Counted from the first letter of the stretch, positions 1 through 7,643 are shown. The stretch: 16,476 nt of DNA from Acaryochloridaceae cyanobacterium VAR_48_metabat_390 (GCA_031422435.1 JANPLU010000029.1:1-16476); one strand, 5' to 3'. Translations and numbers: made by a program. The notes: generated by a model from the letters alone, not told the origin.

Positions 1-140
1 CTTCAACTGTACGATGCGCCAACGAGTCTCACGATTAGTTCGTAAAACACTTTCCTTCTCCAAAAAACTGGAGAATCATATTGGGGCTATTTGGCTCTTT
101 GTGCATCATTACAATGCATCCTTACTTGTTTAGGACTACC
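1..140 (+). mobile_element. Right end of an IS1-family insertion sequence, with the terminal inverted repeat ending at about 140
   Basis: The transposase stop is followed by GACTACC. The reverse complement begins GGTAGT, like the GGT-initiated ends of IS1-family IRs. The left IR and target duplication are outside the window. Confidence 0.75.
2..133 (+). CDS. IS1-family transposase (InsB-type DDE), C-terminal fragment; 5' part outside the window
   Basis: Frame 2 reads FNCTMRQRVSRLVRKTLSFSKKLENHIGAIWLFVHHYNASLLV*, matching the C-terminal motif of cyanobacterial IS1 transposases (R-x-RL-x-RKTLSFSK). Stop TAG at 131-133. Not in the ORF track. Confidence 0.9.
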   Translation, partial: FNCTMRQRVSRLVRKTLSFSKKLENHIGAIWLFVHHYNASLLV

Positions 141-287
141 CCGTTGCGTTGTACTGATCTGTGAGATATCGTGCAACACCCGATTTTTGGTGCCACTTTC
201 GACAGTTACCCAACGAGATTCAATTTGCGTAAGCTGTTTTACTACTTTTTTTAACAGCTCCTCTGATTCCAACTCGCACGAACGCAT
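141..287 (-). pseudogene. Possible small third gene of the ATPase operon, truncated by IS1 (may be non-coding)
   Basis: ATG lies 12 nt after the stop of the 376-aa gene. The frame stays open for 49 codons and runs into the IS1 IR. No recognisable domain. Confidence 0.2.
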
Positions 288-299
288 AGATGTAGTTTT

Positions 300-1430
300 T
301 CAGAGATGACTAATTAATCCTGAACCCACTGAAGACATAGGAGAAGAAGCACAACACCAAGAAACAATTTTCAAACCAACTTGTTTCCACTCTTTTTTTA
401 ATTCATCATCCAGAATCATATGAGATATATCTTTTTTAGAATAATTTTCTTCGATTTTTGTTAAAATATTTTTCCCAAAAGCTAGGTTTACATGGCACTC
501 ACAATTTTTAGGATGAATGCAAACTTCACTGTCAATGCAGTTTTCGGAAACTCTACATTTAAATTTCTTGGCAAACCCAGTCCAATACTGTCTAAATTCT
601 TTCTGAGGAGCTTCTCTTAATACTTTTTCCAATTTTAGACCATCTTTCATGTCTATATATTTCCTAGTATTTAAAAACACTGAATTATCTAATTCTTCGA
701 GGAATTCAATAGCATTTTTCTTGTTTGGATCATGATCAAATGTTTCTTTATATACTAAAGTTGGGATTAGATTTTCAAGTTCTCGTACACCAAGAACAAA
801 ATAATGGCATAGAGGTTTATTCTCGTCGTCCACTTTCTGCACACTCTTAGCAGTATCTCCAATATCTAGATTTGGCGTTTCTCTATCGCTATCAAGTAAG
901 CATAAACAAAATTTATTTGTATTAGACTGCAAAAATGAATACTCTTTATGAGTATTTTGTCCTCCACCATTTCTTGGATCATAGCTAATAGGAACATTCC
1001 CTAATCTTTCCCAAGTTAGATAAGCTTTTGCAAGTCTCCTATAAAAAACAGTATCATCTAAGTCCTCACATAATAGAACCGTCTTGTCAAGTATTGATAA
1101 GTTGTTGAAGTAATTAATAGATGCGCGAATAATAGTATGATCTTCCCTATTAATACATTCCAATACGCTCTCTAACACAATCTCTACTGAAAATTTAATT
1201 TTAGTAAGATACTCTCTGCTTGTTGGTAAATCCTCATAAAGTTTTCTATATACGGCACGAGAACTATGACTTAGCAAAGGACAATTAGCCAAATACTTAA
1301 TCACTGTTCGATTTCCAAAAACAATATGGTTGCCTAGCCGCCTAGAATGAGCTATTAATTCTAAGGCTTCAACGACGTGAGAATTGTTTTTAACTCCATC
1401 AAGTAGAGATGGATCAAGTACTAATATCAT
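300..1430 (-). CDS. Uncharacterised protein with OLD/AriB-like TOPRIM nuclease motifs; putative defence effector
   Basis: 376 aa. Motifs in the order typical of OLD-family TOPRIM domains: VLLCEDLDD (E122/D126), NGGG, CLLDSD (DxD, D180/D182), RELENLIP (E217/E219). Starts 3 nt after the ATPase stop. AT-rich. Confidence 0.7.
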   Translation of the reverse strand: MILVLDPSLLDGVKNNSHVVEALELIAHSRRLGNHIVFGNRTVIKYLANCPLLSHSSRAVYRKLYEDLPTSREYLTKIKFSVEIVLESVLECINREDHTIIRASINYFNNLSILDKTVLLCEDLDDTVFYRRLAKAYLTWERLGNVPISYDPRNGGGQNTHKEYSFLQSNTNKFCLCLLDSDRETPNLDIGDTAKSVQKVDDENKPLCHYFVLGVRELENLIPTLVYKETFDHDPNKKNAIEFLEELDNSVFLNTRKYIDMKDGLKLEKVLREAPQKEFRQYWTGFAKKFKCRVSENCIDSEVCIHPKNCECHVNLAFGKNILTKIEENYSKKDISHMILDDELKKEWKQVGLKIVSWCCASSPMSSVGSGLISHL

Positions 1431-1433
1431 TTT

Positions 1434-3023
1434 TTAAATCATCTCAGGTTCAAAAAAACCTAAAGGCCAATTATTCAAAAATCCCTCTTGATCATAAGAA
1501 GCTATCCTTACGCTAATATGATTATCAGACTGACTTTTGTCGAATAAAACTACGTTAACATCCTCTTCAGGATAATCATTATTTGCAATACGGTGACCTA
1601 ATCTATTAATTAAAGTTTCACTATGAGTTTCAATTATTAAGCGCAAATCTAATCCTATTTCTTTCGCAGCCTTGACAGTAGCAATAAAGGAATCTGCCAA
1701 AAGTGCTTGTAATTTAGGATGTAGGTGAAGCTCAGGTTGTTCTATCGCAAAGATTACTGGATACATTGAGCGAACTGTTGCTTTAGTAGATTTTCTGCCT
1801 AACCACCATAATTGCGTCAGAATCGGGAGAATTTGCGAGAAGCCAAATCCTGTATCTGCTAAATTAATCTCAGTCATTAATATTTCTTCCTTGATTTTCA
1901 AGGAAACATGACCAACTGAAGAGCTGATATTCACTGAAAAACCAAGATATTTCTCTGTCCAATTCGCAAAATCTTTTCTGTCAGGGTCTGTTAAATTTCT
2001 AAGAAACATTGCAAGATTCTTTCCCTGAGGATCAACTTCACCTACCGCCAAATCTTGTGATCTATAGTATCGTTCTGCGGTAGCTCTAACAGGGCCTATA
2101 TAACTTACATTTCGAGCAAAACCTGAAACGTAGTTGTTACAATACCATAAAATACTAAACATAGAATTAGCAATAATTAGATCTCTGAAAGATTTAAATT
2201 CATCTGAATTTTCACTCCATTTTTCTGTTTCTTTTGACCATTTCTTTCCACCTCTAGTTGTGTTTTGAAGATTGGCTAGCATTGATTTTGAAGAGCCAAT
2301 TCCAAAACCTTTTACAAGCCAATTTACTGTAGATTGGCTTGTTTTATGATGAACAAGTTTCCTGGAGAGTTCAACCAATTTATCTACAAGAAACAAGTTC
2401 CGAATTCGTTCATTCATAGAGGGATAAAAAGAGTCATCTTCACCCTCTCGCTCATCTTTAGGTTTATATATCTGAGGAATAAAACCATTAGATTGATCAG
2501 CTTTTAATCGTAAGCCTTCAGCCAGTATATTTCTGCCATTTACGTCGAATACAAGTACTTCTTTCGCTGAATCTATTTCAATATTTATTGTATGACCTGA
2601 TATTGACAGAGAAAATTCTTTACATATTGTATTTTTTTGGCGTTTTTCTTCTGTCGTAACCTTTATTTCAATGACTATGTCTAAATCTTCTATGATAGGG
2701 TGTAGCTGAAGGAGTCTAAATTGAGCGGCATTCATGGATCTGCCAGAATTTTTTGGAATCTGAAATTTATAGGCAAAACATATTTCTTTTGAATTGCTTT
2801 TATTGTTCAAAGCTTCGCTAAAACTACCAAAATCCACAAGATCACCGAACCAAAGAATGGGGCCAGTAGTTCTAGTAGTTATACTTTGCTTAATTAATGG
2901 AAAACATCTCAAGAAAGTACTTTTGCCAGAGCTATTACTTCCGAGCAAGAAAGTAATGGGTCTTATCTGAATTAAATCTGTATCTCTTAAGTTTCTTAGG
3001 TTTCTAAGTCTGATAGCTTCCAT
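1434..3023 (-). CDS. ABC-type/AAA_15-AAA_21 ATPase with DUF3696-like C-terminus
   Basis: 529 aa. Walker A GSNSSGKS (28-35), GxLVDFGSF, YIGPVR, signature LADTGFGFSQ, Walker B region VIFAIEQPELHLHP, H-loop IIETHSE, C-terminal NWPLGFFE. Confidence 0.9.
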   Translation of the reverse strand: MEAIRLRNLRNLRDTDLIQIRPITFLLGSNSSGKSTFLRCFPLIKQSITTRTTGPILWFGDLVDFGSFSEALNNKSNSKEICFAYKFQIPKNSGRSMNAAQFRLLQLHPIIEDLDIVIEIKVTTEEKRQKNTICKEFSLSISGHTINIEIDSAKEVLVFDVNGRNILAEGLRLKADQSNGFIPQIYKPKDEREGEDDSFYPSMNERIRNLFLVDKLVELSRKLVHHKTSQSTVNWLVKGFGIGSSKSMLANLQNTTRGGKKWSKETEKWSENSDEFKSFRDLIIANSMFSILWYCNNYVSGFARNVSYIGPVRATAERYYRSQDLAVGEVDPQGKNLAMFLRNLTDPDRKDFANWTEKYLGFSVNISSSVGHVSLKIKEEILMTEINLADTGFGFSQILPILTQLWWLGRKSTKATVRSMYPVIFAIEQPELHLHPKLQALLADSFIATVKAAKEIGLDLRLIIETHSETLINRLGHRIANNDYPEEDVNVVLFDKSQSDNHISVRIASYDQEGFLNNWPLGFFEPEMI

Positions 3024-3238
3024 GCAAAATTTTAATTATTCAATCTTGTTGTTTTGTTTTGAAATACTGAATTCTAGCCTTGAAATGACTATCAAATATA
3101 CTTAGTTGTAATTTTCCTGTCTGCAAGCTAGAAAGATGAAGATATTATCTAGAATAAATATTTAAATTCGTGCCATTTTAGAAATGTTTGCCACACCTTC
3201 CATGAGAGAAATTAATTGGCGTTAGGCTCAAGATAGAA

Positions 3239-3265
3239 GCTGGGTTAAGCGAAGCAAAACCCAGC
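3239..3265. repeat. REP-like palindrome / hairpin just downstream of hpnJ
   Basis: GCTGGGTT-AAGCGAAGCAA-AACCCAGC: 8-bp perfect stem, 11-nt loop. Resembles the cyanobacterial (T)GGGTT...GCGAAGC..AACCC repeats as I recall them. 21 nt past the hpnJ stop. Confidence 0.55.
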
Positions 3266-3286
3266 AATTACCATGATTTAAATTCT

Positions 3287-4744
3287 CTACACTAAGGCCT
3301 TCGCCTTGCGATGCGCCACATCCTGAGAATTACGGCGCTCCTTCAGGTAAGAGAAAAACTCACCCCCTTCCCGTAGTCGCCGCCGCAACATCTGCGGATC
3401 TCCCAGCATCTCCTTCACAATGGGCACGATCGCCTGAGGTCGGAAGTAAAACCTGCGATACATCTGCTCCACCGCATTTTCAATATCCTCACTGGATAAG
3501 TCAGGGTACCGCAGCGTCGAAGTTTGGATACCAGAATTGGCGATCAGCGTATCATCCGCAAACCAGCCGTTGGCTTTCGCTTGGGCATAGAGTGCTGTGC
3601 CAGGGTAAGGGGCCGCGATCGAAACCTGAATGGTGTGTGGGCTTAACTCTTGGGCAAACTTCACCGTGTCTTCAATGGTTTCCTTGGTTTCTACGGGTAG
3701 CCCGATGATGAACGTCCCGTGAACCTTAATGCCTAAGTCTTTGCAGTGCTTCATAAACTTACGCGCCACCTCAATCTTCACTCCTTTCTGGATGTTGTCG
3801 AGGATCTGCTGATTGCCAGACTCAAACCCCACCAGCAGGAGCCGCAAACCGTTATCGCGCAGTTCCTTCAGGGTGTCGTAGTCTAGGTTGGCACGGGCGT
3901 TGCAACTCCAGGTTAGACCCAGCCGCTTCATGTGCTTACTGATGGCGATCGCCCGTTGTTTGTCAATCGTAAAGGTATCGTCGTCAAACATATATTCTCG
4001 GACGCGATCGCCAAACAGCGCCTTGGCTTCCTCCAACTCACGCCCCACCACATCCGGGCTTTTAGAACGGTACTGATGACCGCCAATAGTTTGAGGCCAG
4101 AGGCAAAAACTGCACTTTGCCGGACAGCCGCGCCCTGTATAAAACGAAATATAGGGATGCAGGAGGTAGCCGATAAAGTATTTATTGATGTCCAAATCAC
4201 GGGCATAGGTGGGCAAAACGCTCGGCATTGCATCCCAGTCATGGATGAGTTCACGGTCTTCTGTCTGCCGAATTTCGCCAAACCTGTCGCGGTAGCTTAG
4301 CCCCTTAATTTCATCCCAGGGCTTATCTTCAGCAAGTTCTTTGCAGGTATAGTCAAACTCGTGGCGGCAGGCAAAGTCAATAATGGGGTTTTCTCGTAGG
4401 GTTTGCTCTGCTAAAACCGCAACGTGCGCCCCAATAAAGCCCACCTTTACATTAGGGTTTTGATCCTTAAGAGTTTCAGCAAACTTTACGTCATTGGCAA
4501 GAGAGGGGGTGCTGGTGTGCAAAATGACCAGCTCATAGTCTTGGGCAATCTTTAAGACCTCTTCTACACTCTGTCCGTGGGGCGGGGCATCCACCAACCT
4601 GCTGCCAGGAACCAGCGCTGCAGGCTGTGCCAGCCAGGTTGGATACCAAAATGACGTGATTTCCCGTTTAGCCTGGTAACGAGAACCCGCCCCACCATCA
4701 AATCCATCAAATGAGGGAGGACTTAGAAATAGCGTTTTTTTCAT
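3287..4744 (-). CDS. hpnJ: Hopanoid biosynthesis-associated radical SAM protein HpnJ
   Basis: 485 aa. Characteristic N-terminus PPSFDGFDGGAGSRYQA...FWYPTWLAQPAA, B12-binding-like region, CxxxCxxC motif CPAKCSFC, FDDDTF, GFESGNQ. Confidence 0.92.
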   Translation of the reverse strand: MKKTLFLSPPSFDGFDGGAGSRYQAKREITSFWYPTWLAQPAALVPGSRLVDAPPHGQSVEEVLKIAQDYELVILHTSTPSLANDVKFAETLKDQNPNVKVGFIGAHVAVLAEQTLRENPIIDFACRHEFDYTCKELAEDKPWDEIKGLSYRDRFGEIRQTEDRELIHDWDAMPSVLPTYARDLDINKYFIGYLLHPYISFYTGRGCPAKCSFCLWPQTIGGHQYRSKSPDVVGRELEEAKALFGDRVREYMFDDDTFTIDKQRAIAISKHMKRLGLTWSCNARANLDYDTLKELRDNGLRLLLVGFESGNQQILDNIQKGVKIEVARKFMKHCKDLGIKVHGTFIIGLPVETKETIEDTVKFAQELSPHTIQVSIAAPYPGTALYAQAKANGWFADDTLIANSGIQTSTLRYPDLSSEDIENAVEQMYRRFYFRPQAIVPIVKEMLGDPQMLRRRLREGGEFFSYLKERRNSQDVAHRKAKALV

Positions 4745-4994
4745 GGGATGTCTCTTCTCTCACCAGTGGCCTAGGAAAGTATCGCTTTAGCCAAACTTGA
4801 GGCTAAAGCAGCACCAATACTATCGCTCAGTTATTGTTCAGTCACAACTTCAATTTCACAAAATAAATTTAAATCTTGATGATCTAAATCACAGCGTGTA
4901 GGCTTAATTTGTGAAATGCTAGCAAGATAGAGTCATCAATTCTTCTGATTTTGACCCCCACCAGAGAGTCCCTGCCCAACGCTAGAGGTTCGTC

Positions 4995-5588
4995 ATGAAC
5001 GCCCCCATTCTTGCATCCATCTCTGCTTCGCTGCTTGCTGGTGCCGCTGTCTTGGCTGCGCCCTCCCCCGTGGTAGCTCAGCCCAGCAGTGCTAAGTTTA
5101 TGTGCGGCACCAGTCAGGGCGCTCCGGCAACCGTTGTGCAAACGTCACGGGGCAAAATTACGGTCATTCGCTGGGTTTCAAATGTATTTGGAGAAAATTA
5201 CGCGCCAGACTATCGCTGTCGTGTGGTTTCGGCAAAATTTCAGCAGTTTCACCAAGACGGTAAGCTTAACTACTTAACTACAGGCATTTCCAATGGTCAG
5301 CCCGTGGTGTGCGTTGCAAACGTCAAGGGTGAGCCTTGTAGTGGGGTTTTGTTTACCCTCAAGCCAGGGAGCAATCCGCTCAATACCCTCGCACGGCTGA
5401 TGAATGTACGAGTACAGGCAGGCCCCGCGCTCAATGAAAGCACGGCTGGGTCTGATTTGGGCAGTGAGCAGTATGTTGACGTCGCTAATTTTCTAAGTAC
5501 CGCCCCCGCCGACAATAGTTCAGTGGTTGAAGCGACACCCCCTAATTCTGGCGTGTCCGTAACAACGCCGACCACAGGTCTTTGGTAG
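4995..5588 (+). CDS. Secreted COP23 (circadian oscillating protein 23) domain protein
   Basis: 197 aa. Signal peptide, then F-x-C, PAT, VIRWVS, P-x-x-RC-x-x-VS-x-KFQ, NGQPVVC, LFTLKPG-x-NP, all typical of cyanobacterial COP23 proteins. Confidence 0.85.
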   Translation: MNAPILASISASLLAGAAVLAAPSPVVAQPSSAKFMCGTSQGAPATVVQTSRGKITVIRWVSNVFGENYAPDYRCRVVSAKFQQFHQDGKLNYLTTGISNGQPVVCVANVKGEPCSGVLFTLKPGSNPLNTLARLMNVRVQAGPALNESTAGSDLGSEQYVDVANFLSTAPADNSSVVEATPPNSGVSVTTPTTGLW

Positions 5589-5654
5589 CCTTCAGCACTC
5601 TCTCCTTTGAGCTAACGCTCCTACTGCTTTTTGGGGCTTTTCATCGCGCTCATA

Positions 5655-5688
5655 ATCGCGTCCATTTATTTGGGACGCGATATTTTTT
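5655..5688 (+). terminator. Intrinsic terminator after the COP23 gene
   Basis: ATCGCGTCC-(9 nt)-GGACGCGAT perfect 9-bp stem followed by ATTTTTT, 66 nt after the stop. Confidence 0.7.
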
Positions 5689-5759
5689 GGGGTGCCGTGT
5701 CCTTGGCTTACAATGATGGCGTGTAGTGCTGTCCAGGGTGAATCCCTAAGGAGCAACCG

Positions 5760-7298
5760 ATGTCCCCCACCCATCGTTATCAAAGTCGTTTATTTAAAAC
5801 GGTGCGATCGCAGGTAAATCACCTCAAAGATGCTGCGCAGTTGCGCTGGCGACAGGCCAAGGTTGCAGTAACGTGGGGCGCTCAGGCAGCACTTTTACCG
5901 TTTTACACTTTATTTCAGGCAGGTCGCTGGGGCGCGCAGGTACTGCGACAGGCAACCGCGACCGCAACACAAACGCTGCTGTCTTTTGTCAGCGACCACG
6001 AGACTCCTGGTGCTGACCAGCCCATCAAAAATGTATTAGACGCCATTGATTGTGCAGCGTTACCCTGTGGGGCACTACCAATGTTGTGCAACGCTGCACC
6101 TAATGCGCTTTCGATTCGTCCCATTCCAAAGCCAAAATCTGCGCTTTCGGTTTTGCGCAAAAAGCTTCAGACATTTTTGCAGTCATCACGAGTCAAGGCA
6201 AAACAGCCCAATACCATCTCTGATTTATCCATTTCAGCATCGGCGTCGCTTCAGCCCTCAGAGCAGCACAGCGCCGTTTCTCAACACATTGCGATTTGCG
6301 GCATTGCTACCTCACTGACCCATCAGCGCTTAGTGCTGGTGACTTCAGAGAATCAGCTCTTGGATGTGCTGACCGCAGACCAGCAGCAACAGCTTCACCA
6401 GCGGATTATTTGGGAAATTGCTCAGGCACTCTATCTTCGCCGTCAGCGTAGCCGTACCCATGCCATTCCTGCCTGGAAGACCTGGAAAGCTCTCCCCATT
6501 ACGGTGCGGCCTCAGTATAGTCTGCCTGTGCGAGCCGTCTATCACCTGATGGCGTGGGTGCAGCATCAGACCGTTGCCCAACCGCTCCCGCTTCCTCCGT
6601 CACCCATTTCCTTGGTGCCGCAACCTGTACTAGCATCCCTGCGCCAGTGGTGGACAGCCGTTCTACAGCCGTCCCAGGGTGGGCAAATGGCTCGACTACA
6701 GAAATCTGGTGTGCAGCAATCGTCTCCAGCGTTGGTCGGCAAAAAAACAGCGCTGCCCATCCTTCCCACCCTTGGGCAAAAGCTGCGGGGGTATCGTACC
6801 GGACTGGTGGCAATGGCAGGGGCGATCGCCCTACTGCCCTTTACCCTCGCACTGCCAGAGCCAGCCAACGCCGCAATCATTCCTACGTTGCCAGTGCCGC
6901 TTCCCAGTAGCCCGCTGATGGTAGAGCGGCTAATTGACCCCGCTCGCTCCCGGAGGCGATGGCAGGCCGAGGCAAAGCTGTCTGAACAGTCTGGTCGGCT
7001 CTCGGCGGGCAAGATTCGCATTGCACCCCAGAAGACCGCCGCTGCACTCTCAGCCCAGAGATTTGAAGGGGCGATCGCTGATTGGGCACATCGGTTTTCT
7101 CAGGCGACTGCGGCGGCAGACCCCTCCACCATTGAAGTTAAGGCCGTCTTTATGGGGTACGACCATCATCCCCTTGAGGTGCTGCTGCTGTGGGTAGACA
7201 GGGCGATCGCCTGGATTGAAGCGCAATTCACAAAGATTAGCAATCGGCTATTGCCTAAACTTCAGACCTGGATTCGTCAATACTGGCACCGTGCTTAA
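5760..7298 (+). CDS. Conserved cyanobacterial hypothetical protein
   Basis: 512-aa ORF with 4 HIP1 sites. N-terminal YQSRLF...W and C-terminal GYxxHPLExLLxWxDRxxxWIE resemble a cyanobacterial family of unknown function. TACAAT at 5709-5714 is a possible -10. Confidence 0.8.
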   Translation: MSPTHRYQSRLFKTVRSQVNHLKDAAQLRWRQAKVAVTWGAQAALLPFYTLFQAGRWGAQVLRQATATATQTLLSFVSDHETPGADQPIKNVLDAIDCAALPCGALPMLCNAAPNALSIRPIPKPKSALSVLRKKLQTFLQSSRVKAKQPNTISDLSISASASLQPSEQHSAVSQHIAICGIATSLTHQRLVLVTSENQLLDVLTADQQQQLHQRIIWEIAQALYLRRQRSRTHAIPAWKTWKALPITVRPQYSLPVRAVYHLMAWVQHQTVAQPLPLPPSPISLVPQPVLASLRQWWTAVLQPSQGGQMARLQKSGVQQSSPALVGKKTALPILPTLGQKLRGYRTGLVAMAGAIALLPFTLALPEPANAAIIPTLPVPLPSSPLMVERLIDPARSRRRWQAEAKLSEQSGRLSAGKIRIAPQKTAAALSAQRFEGAIADWAHRFSQATAAADPSTIEVKAVFMGYDHHPLEVLLLWVDRAIAWIEAQFTKISNRLLPKLQTWIRQYWHRA

Positions 7299-7368
7299 AA
7301 CGTAGTAGTGAAAGACAAACTTTTGAGTAGCGAAGGGCTGTCTGTCAAACCAGGGGGCAACTGTCCGA

Positions 7369-7374
7369 TATGAT
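7369..7374 (+). promoter_or_regulatory. Candidate -10 element of psbI
   Basis: TATGAT about 62 nt upstream of the psbI ATG; motif match only. Confidence 0.35.
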
Positions 7375-7436
7375 AAGGAGATTCGGTTTGCAGTTTTGTT
7401 TAATCTTGTTCATTTATCGGTAAAGCTACAGCGGCT

Positions 7437-7553
7437 ATGGAAACTCTAAAAATTGTTGTTTACATCACAGTGTTCTTTTTCGTCGGGCTATTTGTCTTTG
7501 GCTTTTTGTCCGGCGACCCTGCCCGTAACCCTAACCGTAAAGACATGGAATAA
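7437..7553 (+). CDS. psbI: Photosystem II reaction centre protein I
   Basis: Manual translation [38 protein letters not shown] (38 aa) carries the PsbI motif LF-x-FGFLS-x-DP-x-RNP. Below the ORF-track cutoff. Confidence 0.97.
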   Translation: METLKIVVYITVFFFVGLFVFGFLSGDPARNPNRKDME

Positions 7554-7588
7554 GTTCGTCTCTTAAATTCCTTTCACTACCATACCCG

Positions 7589-7643
7589 CGCTGAGCTATC
7601 CCAACCCTTTTTTGCCAAAAGAAAGGCAGTGGCTCAGCGTTTG
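7589..7643 (+). terminator. Long interrupted stem-loop 3' of psbI (terminator or transcript stabiliser)
   Basis: CGCTGAGCTA (7589-7598) pairs with TGGCTCAGCG (7630-7639). Inner CCTTTTTT pairs with AAGAAAGG. Followed by TTTG. Confidence 0.55.

Noticed and set aside
91..309. 72-aa plus-strand ORF and the 87-140 part of the minus-strand ORF
   Set aside because: Both straddle the IS1 end and are chimeric, with no recognisable motif.
300..3023. Assignment to Gabija, Septu, a retron or canonical single-chain OLD
   Set aside because: No UvrD helicase, HNH motif or reverse transcriptase is visible in the window, and the ATPase and TOPRIM parts are separate ORFs. Canonical PARIS cannot be confirmed or excluded without HMM searches.
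3024..3232. Short imperfect palindromes (e.g. TTATCTAGAATAA) upstream of the ATPase as operator sites
   Set aside because: Expected by chance in very AT-rich DNA, and no regulator gene is adjacent.
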